A stretch of 64,000 bases of DNA from an uncultured Chloroflexia bacterium (GCA_963704145.1 CAVPHB010000002.1:67878-131877); one strand, 5' to 3'. Numbered from the stretch's first letter, positions 10,406 through 19,648 are shown. Made by a program: numbers and translations. Notes: generated from the letters alone by a model not told the origin.

Positions 10406-10959
10406 CAGTCGCCGTCCTCGGGCTCGTCGCCGTCCTCGGGCTCGTCGCCGTCCTCGGGCTCGTCGCCGTCCTCGGGCTCGTCGCCGTCCTCGTCGTGATC
10501 CTCGTCCTCGTCGTCGTGATCCTCGTCCTCGTCGTCGTGATCCTCGTCCTCGTCGTCGTCGTCGCCATCCCTATCGTCGGCGCCGGGGTTGCTACCCGGG
10601 TTCGGCTCGTTCGCGGTGTTGTTGCCGCGATTGCGCGGGGTGGCAGCGTCGGGCGTTGGCCGGTCGGCTTCGTTGCGTGCGGGACGATTCACATGCACGA
10701 CCGGGACTTCTGGCGTCGGCAGGACGTAGACCGTGTCGACCACGGTCCGGACCTCGGCAACCGGCACCTCGGTCGGCGCTGGGGATGCCTGGGTCAGCGT
10801 CGCGGTGGTGTCGAACCCCGGATCAAAGGCGTTGTCTGTCGCCAACGCATCGGCCTGGACCGCTACGGGAGCCGAGATGAAGCCGCCAAAGCCGAGTGCG
10901 ATGGCCAGGACGCCGACCGCGCCGACGCCGCCGAATAGAAGAGCGAGCCTGTGGACCAT
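10405..10959 (-). CDS. Hypothetical membrane-anchored protein with acidic repeat tail
   Basis: GGAGGA RBS lies 7 nt before the ATG at 10959 (MVHRLALLFGGVGAVGVLAIALGF, a TM segment). The C-terminus is DEDEDHD x3 followed by GDEPED x4. Confidence 0.55.
   Translation of the reverse strand: MVHRLALLFGGVGAVGVLAIALGFGGFISAPVAVQADALATDNAFDPGFDTTATLTQASPAPTEVPVAEVRTVVDTVYVLPTPEVPVVHVNRPARNEADRPTPDAATPRNRGNNTANEPNPGSNPGADDRDGDDDDEDEDHDDEDEDHDDEDEDHDEDGDEPEDGDEPEDGDEPEDGDEPEDGD
10408..10560 (-). repeat. In-frame tandem repeats: 18-bp unit (gtcgccgtcctcgggctc, about 4.5 copies) then 21-bp unit (about 3 copies)
   Basis: Read directly in the sequence. They encode the GDEPED and DEDEDHD repeats of the 10405-10959 protein. 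Confidence 0.9.
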
Positions 10960-11131
10960 TCCTGTTTCCTCCGCTGATGTGGGTTCATGGCGCAGTCTCT
11001 GGGTCGTCCCTGTTGCCCTGCCTTTGAACAGCATGTGAGTTCACACACGGGGCGGGCCCCGGTCGTGAGCGTTCTCAAAGAAAGGCCCTTCGGCCATTGC
11101 GCGACTGGGCGCGACGACGGTTAATGGGCAC

Positions 11132-11803
11132 ATGACACGCATCCTGGTCGTCGAGGATGAGCCGCGCATGGGCGCCGCCATGCGCCGCGTGCTCGTCGCC
11201 GAGCACTACACCGTCGACCTGGCTCACGACGGCGCCGAGGCACTGGCGTACGTCGACCAACAGACCTATGACGTGGCCGTCCTCGATCGCCTGCTGCCCG
11301 ACATGGGCGGCGTCGACGTGCTCCGCGCGATGCGCGCCAAGGGCAAGACCACGCCGGTGCTGATGGTCACGGCGCTGTCCGGGCTCGAGCACCGTGTCGA
11401 AGGGCTGGACGCGGGCGCCGACGACTACCTGCCCAAGCCGTTTGCCTTCAGCGAGCTGCTCGCCCGGCTACGCGCGCTGACCCGCCGCCGGCCGGAGCTG
11501 GTTGTCGAGCGGCTGACCGCGGGCGACATCCAGCTTGACCCCGAGCGCCACCAGGTGACCGTCGCCGGACGGAGCGAGCTGTTGTCGGCGCGCGAGTACG
11601 CGCTGCTCGGCTATCTCATCCGTCATGCCGGACAGGTCGTCACGCGCCAGCAGATCCTCGATTCGGTCTGGGGCGCGGAGCCGGACGTCTACTCCAACGT
11701 GGTCGACCTGTACGTCCACTATCTGCGCCGCAAGCTGGCCTCGCTCGGCCGCGAGCGCGCGCTGCAGACCGTCCGCGGAGTGGGCTATGCGCTTCGGCCG
11801 TAG
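11132..11803 (+). CDS. OmpR/PhoB-family response regulator
   Basis: MTRILVVEDEP...VAVLDRLLPDMGG...LMVTA...KPF receiver domain, plus a winged-helix C-terminus (LSAREYALLGYL..., VRGVGYAL). Confidence 0.9.
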   Translation: MTRILVVEDEPRMGAAMRRVLVAEHYTVDLAHDGAEALAYVDQQTYDVAVLDRLLPDMGGVDVLRAMRAKGKTTPVLMVTALSGLEHRVEGLDAGADDYLPKPFAFSELLARLRALTRRRPELVVERLTAGDIQLDPERHQVTVAGRSELLSAREYALLGYLIRHAGQVVTRQQILDSVWGAEPDVYSNVVDLYVHYLRRKLASLGRERALQTVRGVGYALRP

Positions 11804-13688
11804 GGCTGCGACGGCGCCCGTCGAGGCGCTGATCGCAGGTCACGGAACGACCCCCGCCGAACGGCTCGTGCGGCGCACAACCTTGGGCCTGGCGCTGCTG
11901 ACCATGGCCCTGATCGCCGCGCTGCTGGCCGCCGTGGGCGTGGTCACGGCGGCGGCCGCCATCCGGGCCACCGATGCCCTCGTTGATCGCGACCTTGCCG
12001 CAGCCGCAGCGACCGTGGTCGATAGCCTGCGGCCAACCCCGACGCCCGAGCCCGGGGAGACGCCCGAGCCCGGGGAGACGCCCGAGCCCGGGGAGTCGGA
12101 CGAGCCCGGGGAGTCGGACGAGCCCGGGGAGTCGGACGAGCCCGGGGAGTCGGACGAGCCCGGCCATTCCGCGCGTCCCACGGACAGACCCGGGGCCACG
12201 GCTACGCCGGGACGCTCGGCCAGCCCGCGGCCGTCGCCCGGACCGGTGGACTCTGCCGAACCGGGAGTCACGCCCCTGCCAGGTCAGACCGAGAAGCCCG
12301 AGCAGACCGAGAAGCCCGAGCCGACGGAGCCGACGGAGCCGCCCGAGCCGACGGAGAAGCCCGAGCCGACGGAGAAGCCCGAGCCATCGCACGCCGTCAA
12401 CGCAATGGCCCCCGGCATCGCCCTCGAACGCCGGTCCGTCGCCGCCGATCGCGCCGGCCAGGCTGCGGCCGGGGTTTCCGCAGTTGCCGCTGTGCCGGCC
12501 CAGACAAGCGCCCCAATCGCGACGCCCTCGGCCGGACCCAGCCCCGCCGCCGGAGGGACAGGCCAGGAGGAAGACGAGGAGCGTCCGCCCGGCTCGTCCG
12601 ACACGTTCTTCCTGGTCCTCGATGCGGCCGGTAACCTGACGGCGAACCCGCAGCGGGTAGCCCTGGCCGGCCTGCCCGACGCCGACGCGATCGCCGTCGC
12701 AACGCAGGGTCGCGAGGACTGGCGGACCGTGAACGCAGGCGGCCTGCGGGTGCGCTTGCTGACCGTGCCGGTGACCGATTCGTCGAACTCCATCGTGGCC
12801 ATCGTTCAATCGGGCTTCGTGCTCACGCAGCATGACGAGCAGGGTCGCCAGATCATCTCCACCATCGCCGTCGCGAGCCTGATCGGGCTGTTCGGCGCCG
12901 CGCTCGTCACCCTGCTCGTGACGCGGCTCGCCCTGGCCCCGATCCGCTCCGCGTTCGCGGCCGAACGGCGCTTTGTTGCCTCCGCCTCCCACGAGCTGCG
13001 CACCCCGGTGGCGGTCGTGCGTGCCTCGGCCGAAATCCTGCAGCGCGAGGACCTGGTCAGCCCAGAGGGCCACAAGCTGGTCGAGGACATCGTCGCTGAA
13101 TCCGACCGTCTCGGGCGGCTGGTGGGCGATCTGCTTGCGCTCGCCTCGGCCGATGCCGGTCAGATCTCCATGGCGCCATCGACCTTCGACATGCGCGCGC
13201 TGGTCGATGAGCTGGCCGGTCGCGTCGAGAGCATGGCCGCCGGACGTCACGTCCGCGTCGAAGTCGCCCAGGAGGGGCAGGCGGAGAAGGCTGGCAGCTC
13301 GCTGCTGGTCCATGCCGATCGCGAGCGGATGACCCAGCTGCTGCTGATCTTCATCGACAACGCGATCGACCACTCGCCGCCCGGCGGCACCGTCCGCCTG
13401 GTGGTCCGGCCGGTGGTCGAGGGCGGCCGGCCGCAGGTGTCGGTCGGGGTCGCCGATCAGGGTCCGGGCGTGCCACGCGAGGAGCGGACGCGGATCTTCG
13501 AACCCTTCGCACGACTGGCCGGGCGACGGCGGCAGACGGGCAACACCGGCCTCGGGCTGGCCATCGCGCGCATCCTGGCCGCACGCCAGGAAGCAACGTT
13601 GCACGTCGATGACGCCCCCGATGGGGGCGCCGTGTTCAGCGTTTGGCTGCCGCGCCGCGCGCCGAGTGAGGCGCCCGCGAGCTCCTGA
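11787..13688 (+). CDS. Sensor histidine kinase with low-complexity hexapeptide-repeat extracytoplasmic loop
   Basis: In-frame ATG at 11787 overlaps the regulator gene end. TM segment, ~300 aa P/E/T/S-rich loop, second TM, H-box (FVASASHELRTP), N-box (IFIDNAIDHS), G-boxes (DQGPGV, GLGLAI). Confidence 0.85.
   Translation: MRFGRRAATAPVEALIAGHGTTPAERLVRRTTLGLALLTMALIAALLAAVGVVTAAAAIRATDALVDRDLAAAAATVVDSLRPTPTPEPGETPEPGETPEPGESDEPGESDEPGESDEPGESDEPGHSARPTDRPGATATPGRSASPRPSPGPVDSAEPGVTPLPGQTEKPEQTEKPEPTEPTEPPEPTEKPEPTEKPEPSHAVNAMAPGIALERRSVAADRAGQAAAGVSAVAAVPAQTSAPIATPSAGPSPAAGGTGQEEDEERPPGSSDTFFLVLDAAGNLTANPQRVALAGLPDADAIAVATQGREDWRTVNAGGLRVRLLTVPVTDSSNSIVAIVQSGFVLTQHDEQGRQIISTIAVASLIGLFGAALVTLLVTRLALAPIRSAFAAERRFVASASHELRTPVAVVRASAEILQREDLVSPEGHKLVEDIVAESDRLGRLVGDLLALASADAGQISMAPSTFDMRALVDELAGRVESMAAGRHVRVEVAQEGQAEKAGSSLLVHADRERMTQLLLIFIDNAIDHSPPGGTVRLVVRPVVEGGRPQVSVGVADQGPGVPREERTRIFEPFARLAGRRRQTGNTGLGLAIARILAARQEATLHVDDAPDGGAVFSVWLPRRAPSEAPASS
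12048..12160 (+). repeat. 18-bp in-frame tandem repeat (gagcccggggagacgccc x2, gagcccggggagtcggac x4, plus a partial copy)
   Basis: Read directly. Encodes EPGETP/EPGESD repeats in the kinase loop. Confidence 0.9.
12285..12390 (+). repeat. Degenerate 9/18-bp in-frame repeats encoding (T)EKPE(Q/P)T units
   Basis: cagaccgagaagcccgag x2, then gagccgacg and gagaagcccgagccgacg units read directly. Confidence 0.8.
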
Positions 13689-16600
13689 CGGAGGCGGTCC
13701 CCGAAACGGGCACCGGCGCACCCGCTTCGAGCCGATCGATCAGGCCGTCGGCGCCCATCGCCGCGAACAGCTGTGCCGCTTCGGCACGCCCGGCGGCGGC
13801 TTCCTTGTCAACGTCGCCCAAGAGACGGGCGCGCTCGAGCAGGGTCATCGCCAGGTCGAGCCGCAGGTCCTCGGCGCGCCACTCATCGATGACCTGCCGA
13901 TAGGCGATCAGCGACTCGTCGACCCTGCCCTCGAGCGCCATCCGGCCGGCATCGATTGTGCGCCGCGCCCGCTCCAGCCAGCGCGCCGCGAGGCGGTTCT
14001 GATCGAGCCATTCCAGGTCCTGCTGGACGGCGGGCAGATCTGCCTTCAACAGGGCGACGTGTGCCCCCAGGACGGCCGACAAGTGCGAATCGGTGCCCGC
14101 GTAGCCGGCGCGTGACTCGAGCGCCAGGCGGCGCGCCTCATCCAGATCGCCTGCGCCCAGCGCCACCAGGGCCTGGAAGTACTGCAACCCGGCCACATCC
14201 TGCATCGATGTCGAGCCCGATGTCGCCTCCTCGAGCGGCGCCAGCATCTCGCGCGCAGCGTTGTCGTCGCCGCGCAGGGCGACCGCGGCCGCGGCAATGC
14301 CGTGGATGGCCGCCGACATCACTGTCTTGACCTCCGCCACGGCGGCCTTCAGGCGCAGGACCTCGTCCAGATCACCGATCACCAGGGCGTTGTGAGCGGC
14401 GTTGCCGGTCATCGACGCCGAGAAGATGCCGTACTGCTCATCGATGGCTTTCCCCTCGAGCCCGATCTGCAGCCCGCGGTGCGGGTCGTCAACGACCGAG
14501 AACGAGCTGAGGTTGAAGCGCGACCTGATGCGGGCCCACAGCTCGCCCTCGTCGTCGGCCATCTGCTTGGCGCCGATCAGCAGGGCGACCGCCTCACGGA
14601 AGCGCCCGAGCTGCTGGAGCGCCCACGATTTGGAGATGATCAGCTGCAGCGTCGGCTCGCGGATGTCGAGCTTCTCGGCCGCCTCCAGTGCACGCGAGGC
14701 GGCGGCCAGGCCCTGCTCGCCCTCGCCACGCAGCAGATGGCCGCGGGCGAGCTGGCCGGTCAGCTCGATCAAGTCCCGGGTGTCGTCGCCCGGCAGCTCG
14801 TCGAGGGCATGGCCCAGCAGCTGCATCGCCTCATCGACGCGGGACAGCTCGAGCAGCCACCCGCCGAGCCGCGCCGTCAACCTGGCCGCGAGGCTCGCCT
14901 CGCCCTCCGCCTGTACCCAGGTGAGCGCCGCACGCTGGTACTGCTCAGCCTCGAGGACCTGGCCCGCGGCCCAGGCCGAGGTTGCGGCGCGCATGCGCAG
15001 CTCGTTCAGGTCCGGCCCCTCGAAGGTGACCGCCATGGCCTGCTCGTAGAAGCTCATCGCCTGCTGGTGCGAGTGCAGCCGCGCCGCTCGGTCGGCGGCC
15101 GCGCGCAGGGCCACGCGCGCCTGTGCCGCGACGGCTGCCCCCTCCTCGCCCTCGGGCGCCGCGCGAAATGCCTCCAGGTAGTGGTCGGCCAGCACTCCCG
15201 CCAGCTCGTCGTCGTCGCGCGTGTCGAAGAAGCGGGCGGCGGCCAGGTGACGCGCGCGGCGCTCCCGCTTGGACAGGGTCGTGTAACAGATCTCGCGAAT
15301 CAGGCCTTGTTTGAAGCGGTACTGGCCGCGCTCCGGCGAACGCGGGTCCGCTTCCAGCCCGATCAACTCCTTGTGCGAGAGGGCGCGCAGGCGCTGCTCT
15401 ATCTCCTCGGCCGGGAGTTCGGCCAGCGCAGCCAGGGCGGGCAGGGCGAAGACCTGCCCGATCACCGCCGCGTCTTGGAGCAGTGCCCGGTCGCCGGGCT
15501 CGAGCGCATCGAGGCGCGAGGCGATCAACGCGCGCAGGGTTGGTGGGACGTCGAGCGTGGGCAGCTCGCCGACCAGCTCGTAGGCGTCGCCACGGCGCAC
15601 GAGGTGGCCCGCATCAGCCAACGCACGAACAGTCTCGACCGCGTAGAGCGGCATCCCCTCGGCGCGCGCCACGATGCGCTCCAGGTCCACCTGTGTCAGC
15701 GCCGGGACCAGGCCGCGCAGCATCTCGGCCATGGCGTCGCCCGGCAGAGGATCGAGGTGCAGCGCGACGAGGGCCCGGTAGCCCAAGCCGAAATTGGGCC
15801 GCCGTTCGAGCAGCTCCGGCCGGGCCAGCGCGACGATCAGGATGGGCTTGTCGCGCGCCCACTCGAGCATGTGCTCGATGAAGTCGAGCAGGCCTTCGTC
15901 GGCCCACTGCAGGTCCTCGAAGGCGAGCACCGTTGGACCGCGGTCGGAGACCCGTTCGAAAAAGGTCCGCCAGGCGCTGAAGAGCTGCTCGCGCGCACCC
16001 CAGTCTGCTTCATCGATGCCGAGCAGAGCGCCCAGGGCCGGCTCCAGCCAGCGCCGCTCCTGGGCGTCGGGCACGAACTCGTCGAGGGCTTCGCGCAGCT
16101 TGTCGCGCGTTGGACCCTCGTCCTCGCCCTCGGTGATCCGGGCCCGGCGGCGAACCATCTCGCCCAGCGCCCAGTAGGTGACGCCGGAGCCGTATGAGGG
16201 CGAGCGACCCTGGTGCCAGTAATAGAGCGGCCCGGCCAGGCCGTCGAGGTACTTCTCGAGCTCCCAGATGAGACGGCTCTTGCCGATGCCGCCCTGGCCC
16301 GAGATGGCCACCGTGCGCAGCTTGTGCTCTCGCTCGGCGGCGTGGAGCTGATCCTTGAGCAGACGCAGCTCCTCGGCGCGCCCGACGAACGGCGGCTCCA
16401 GGCCTTCGTCCCGTCCCGCGCCGCCCACGCGGGCCACGACGCGCAGCGCGCGCCAGGCCGAGACCGGTGCCTGCTTGCCCTTCAGCAACTGTTCGCCGGC
16501 GGGCTCGTAGGCGATCGCAGCGCTGGTGGCGTGGTAGGTCAATTCGCCGACCAGCACGACGCCCGGAGTGGCCACCGACTGCAGGCGCGACGCGGTGTTT

Positions 16601-17193
16601 ACCAGATCGCCGGCTACCATCCCCTCGCCCGTCCGACCGGGCACGACGGCGGCCTCGCCCGACAACACGCCCGCGCGCAGGGCGAGCTGCTGACCACCGA
16701 TGCTGATCTCACGGACCCGATCGACCAGCTCGAGCCCGGCCCGCACGGCCCGCTCGGGGTCGTCCTCGCGCGCCACGGGTGCGCCCCAGATGGCCATCAC
16801 CGCGTCGCCGATGAACTTCTCGACGGTGCCGCCGTAGCTCTCGATGACCTCGCGCGCGGTATCGAAGTAGCGCGACAAGAGGTCGCGCACCTCCTCCGGA
16901 TCGTGCTCCTCGGAGAGCTGGGTGAATCCGACCAGGTCAGCAAAGAGGATCGACACGTAGCGCCGCTCGGCTGGCGGGCCGGCTGGCTGGGCGCTCGACG
17001 AGGCGGCGGCCGGGCGGTTCGTGGCCACGGCCGCTGGCGCCGCGTCGAGTGCAAGACCGCACTCCGCGCAGAACTTGGGGCTGCCCTCGAAGGGCGTGGC
17101 GCAGTTGGGGCAGCTGGCGGCCAGGGCCAGCCCACACTCGGCACAGAACTTCTGGCCGGGGTGTGTTTCAGAACCGCAGCGCGGGCAGGCCAA
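13636..17193 (-). CDS. Double zinc-ribbon / class III adenylate-guanylate cyclase / AAA(STAND-like) ATPase / TPR multidomain protein
   Basis: N-terminus CPRCG...FCAECG, CPNC...FCAECG. Cyclase core (ILFADLVGFT...FIGDAVMAIWGAP...NTASRL). P-loop (SGQGGIGKSRL). Long helical-repeat C-terminus. The uninterrupted 1185-codon ORF starts at an apparent TTG. Confidence 0.85.
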   Translation of the reverse strand: MACPRCGSETHPGQKFCAECGLALAASCPNCATPFEGSPKFCAECGLALDAAPAAVATNRPAAASSSAQPAGPPAERRYVSILFADLVGFTQLSEEHDPEEVRDLLSRYFDTAREVIESYGGTVEKFIGDAVMAIWGAPVAREDDPERAVRAGLELVDRVREISIGGQQLALRAGVLSGEAAVVPGRTGEGMVAGDLVNTASRLQSVATPGVVLVGELTYHATSAAIAYEPAGEQLLKGKQAPVSAWRALRVVARVGGAGRDEGLEPPFVGRAEELRLLKDQLHAAEREHKLRTVAISGQGGIGKSRLIWELEKYLDGLAGPLYYWHQGRSPSYGSGVTYWALGEMVRRRARITEGEDEGPTRDKLREALDEFVPDAQERRWLEPALGALLGIDEADWGAREQLFSAWRTFFERVSDRGPTVLAFEDLQWADEGLLDFIEHMLEWARDKPILIVALARPELLERRPNFGLGYRALVALHLDPLPGDAMAEMLRGLVPALTQVDLERIVARAEGMPLYAVETVRALADAGHLVRRGDAYELVGELPTLDVPPTLRALIASRLDALEPGDRALLQDAAVIGQVFALPALAALAELPAEEIEQRLRALSHKELIGLEADPRSPERGQYRFKQGLIREICYTTLSKRERRARHLAAARFFDTRDDDELAGVLADHYLEAFRAAPEGEEGAAVAAQARVALRAAADRAARLHSHQQAMSFYEQAMAVTFEGPDLNELRMRAATSAWAAGQVLEAEQYQRAALTWVQAEGEASLAARLTARLGGWLLELSRVDEAMQLLGHALDELPGDDTRDLIELTGQLARGHLLRGEGEQGLAAASRALEAAEKLDIREPTLQLIISKSWALQQLGRFREAVALLIGAKQMADDEGELWARIRSRFNLSSFSVVDDPHRGLQIGLEGKAIDEQYGIFSASMTGNAAHNALVIGDLDEVLRLKAAVAEVKTVMSAAIHGIAAAAVALRGDDNAAREMLAPLEEATSGSTSMQDVAGLQYFQALVALGAGDLDEARRLALESRAGYAGTDSHLSAVLGAHVALLKADLPAVQQDLEWLDQNRLAARWLERARRTIDAGRMALEGRVDESLIAYRQVIDEWRAEDLRLDLAMTLLERARLLGDVDKEAAAGRAEAAQLFAAMGADGLIDRLEAGAPVPVSGTASVRSSRAPHSARGAAAKR

Positions 17194-17637
17194 GTTTCAC
17201 CATTAGTGAGAAAGCGAAGGGTGAGCGTACTACTTTGACCGCACGCGGCAGCGTCACGATCGAGAGCGGCGAGCGTCCGCATCACGCGCGATGCACTCTG
17301 GATCACACGTTTCGCCACATATCCACTCATGGTGCATAATCCACCCAGCGCGCCCCAGCGCTCGTAGAGGAGAACCAACCCAGCCGCCGCCCCAGCGGAG
17401 GCAGTCGTCGGATAGCGCCAGGCAGTTGTTCTTCCGCCTTGGCCGCCGACCACGCGTGGTATTCCGGTCTGCGGGACGCTCTACGTCCGACCGCCTTGCT
17501 CGTTAGCCGTGTCCGACTGCAGCCGCCGGTAGCACCAACACATCCGGTCAACCGTCAGCCGTGTCGCGTTGCCCGGTGCCGAGGAGGCAGCAGTGCCATC
17601 TGCCAATCCGGCTGTCCAAGCACAGCCGACCATCACC

Positions 17638-18447
17638 ATGCGCGCCCCAGGGCGACGCTTTGCTCTGCACGCCGTGGGCGTGCTGATCGGACTGGCACTG
17701 CTCGTGCCGGCCGCCACCATCGCCGCGCCCTCCGTCGTCGGGCGCGCGTCACCGAACAACTGCGCGGGCTGGAACAGCACCACCCGCCCACCGGACCGGA
17801 TCCGCGTGCTGCGCGTCAAGAGCGGCCGAATCGACTCGGTCCCCTTCAAGGAGTACGTCACGACGGTCCTGGGCAAGGAATGGCCGGGCTACCTGCCCCT
17901 CGCCGTCGTAGAGGCGGGCGCCGTGGCAGTCAAGCAGTACGCCTGGTTCCACGCGCTGGGCAACGGTCGGCGAACCTCTGACGGGCGCTGCTTCGACGTC
18001 AGGGACAGCACCGGCGACCAGCTCTACAAGCCGGGCAAGGCGCGCGTGCGGATGGACCATCACCGCGCCGTGGAAGCGACCTGGGCCGTGACACTGTTCA
18101 AGGACGGCCGGCTGTTCATGACCGGCTACCGGCGCGGCAACAAGGGCAACTGCGGCCGGGACGCAACCGGGTGGAAGCTCTATGCGCGCAGCGCCACGCG
18201 CTGCGCCAACCGGGGCTATGACTTCCGCCGGATCCTGCGCACCTACTACGGCCCCAACCTGCGCATCAACGAATCCGGCTCGGGCGCCAATGCGCAGCCG
18301 GCGTCGCAACCGGCGCTGGAGCCGGCGCTGGAGCCGGCAGCCGTTCAGTCGGCCGATCCGAGCATCAGCGACAGGCTTGGGCCGGACATCGAGACTAGCC
18401 TCGCGCCACGCCGTGAGGAGTCAATTCGGTCGCTGCTGACCGGCTGA
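17638..18447 (+). CDS. Secreted SpoIID/LytB-domain-like protein
   Basis: Signal peptide from the ATG at 17638 (MRAPGRRFALHAVGVLIGLALLVPAA). FKEYVTTVLGKEWPGYLPLAVVEAGAVAVKQYAW resembles the SpoIID amidase-enhancer motif. The track ORF starts earlier, at TTG 17569. Confidence 0.6.
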   Translation: MRAPGRRFALHAVGVLIGLALLVPAATIAAPSVVGRASPNNCAGWNSTTRPPDRIRVLRVKSGRIDSVPFKEYVTTVLGKEWPGYLPLAVVEAGAVAVKQYAWFHALGNGRRTSDGRCFDVRDSTGDQLYKPGKARVRMDHHRAVEATWAVTLFKDGRLFMTGYRRGNKGNCGRDATGWKLYARSATRCANRGYDFRRILRTYYGPNLRINESGSGANAQPASQPALEPALEPAAVQSADPSISDRLGPDIETSLAPRREESIRSLLTG

Positions 18448-18571
18448 CGGCCGCGGCCAACCTGGCTCCCAGCGGCCGCGCTCGACGGCGGGTCGCTGAG
18501 CGCCCCGGCCGCGCGCCGTTGTAGGCTGGTGCGCGTCACCAGCCACAACTCAATTGCCGAGGTGGAATCAG

Positions 18572-19423
18572 ATGGCCCGTATCGTCCGTGGCGCGCTGCT
18601 CCAGGCGGAGTGGACCGGCGACAAGGAATCGATGATCCAGAAGCACGAGCGGTACACGCATGACGCGGCCAAGCAGGGCGCCCAGGTGATGCTCTTCCAG
18701 GAGCTGTTCTACGGACCCTATTTCTGCCAGGTCCAGGATGCGCAGTACTACTCGTACACGGAGAAGATCCCCGACGGCCCGACGACCGTTCGGATGCAGG
18801 CGCTGGCCAAGGAAACCGGCATGGTCCTGATCGTGCCGATGTACGAGGAAGACGAGAGGGCGGCCGGGATCTACTACAACACCGCGGCGGTGATCGACGC
18901 CGACGGCAAGTACCTGGGCAAGTACCGCAAGACCCACATCCCGCACGTCAAGGGCTTCTGGGAGAAGTTCTACTTCCGACCGGGCAACCTGGGCTACCCC
19001 GTGTTCGAGACCGCCGTGGGCAAGGTCGGCGTGTACATCTGCTACGACCGGCACTTCCCCGAGGGCGCCCGAGCACTCGGCCTGAATGGCGCCGAGATGG
19101 TCTTCATCCCCTCGGCCACCTCGCGCGGCCTGTCCGAATACCTGTGGCGGATCGAGCAGGTCTCGCATGCCGTCGCCAACGGCTACTTCGTGGGCACGAT
19201 CAATCGCGTCGGCATCGAGAAGGACCTGGGCGACGACGACTTCTACGGTCAGTCGTACTTCTGTGATCCGCGCGGCCAGTTCATCGGCGACGTGGGCGAC
19301 GCGTACAAGGAAGAGCTGATCGTGCGCGACATGGACCTCGACAAGGTCGCCGAGGTGCGCAACACGTGGCAGTTCTACCGCGACCGCCGGCCCGACGCGT
19401 ACGGCGACCTCGTCCGGCCCTAG
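18572..19423 (+). CDS. Beta-ureidopropionase / N-carbamoyl-amino-acid amidohydrolase (nitrilase superfamily)
   Basis: MLFQELFYGPYF (catalytic Glu), YRKTHIP (Lys), GVYICYDRHFPE (Cys). ATG at 18572 (MARIVRGALLQ). Confidence 0.8.
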   Translation: MARIVRGALLQAEWTGDKESMIQKHERYTHDAAKQGAQVMLFQELFYGPYFCQVQDAQYYSYTEKIPDGPTTVRMQALAKETGMVLIVPMYEEDERAAGIYYNTAAVIDADGKYLGKYRKTHIPHVKGFWEKFYFRPGNLGYPVFETAVGKVGVYICYDRHFPEGARALGLNGAEMVFIPSATSRGLSEYLWRIEQVSHAVANGYFVGTINRVGIEKDLGDDDFYGQSYFCDPRGQFIGDVGDAYKEELIVRDMDLDKVAEVRNTWQFYRDRRPDAYGDLVRP

Positions 19424-19648
19424 CGCCATGTGGGGGTTCGATCCTAGTGCACGCTGGGTGGCGCCAACCCCGTTGAGGGCCCCGTTTCTTCTCCTACACC
19501 ACTCCGACTAGCGCCAGGCAAACTCCGGGATCCACAGAGCACGGCCGCATTCGTCTCGACCGGCGCGTTCGGGGCGACACATCATGTCCAGCGCTACGCC
19601 CAGTGGCGTGTGACGAGAACCGGCGTCGTGCGGCGGTAACATCCCGGG

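Noticed and set aside
10408-12390. Regularly spaced 18-bp direct repeats that could be taken for a CRISPR-like array.
   Set aside because: The repeats are directly abutting, with no spacers. They are in frame inside ORFs and encode hexapeptide repeats. No cas genes are present.
11640-13721. Many very long ORFs antisense to or overlapping well-supported genes. Examples: 207-1079 +, 11640-13721 -, 14302-16197 +, 18536-19429 -, 19508-20707 -, 36012-37082 -, 37507-38778 -, 52082-53911 +, 58762-60414 +, 61802-63061 +.
   Set aside because: They mirror genes with clear family motifs on the other strand. They are Arg/Pro/Gly/Ala-rich with no motifs. This is the expected stop-codon-poor artefact of GC-rich DNA.
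19430-19460. tRNA-like T-loop sequence gggggttcgatcc in the intergenic region after the beta-ureidopropionase gene.
   Set aside because: No complementary T-stem strand, acceptor stem or anticodon arm can be drawn around it. It is probably a chance match.
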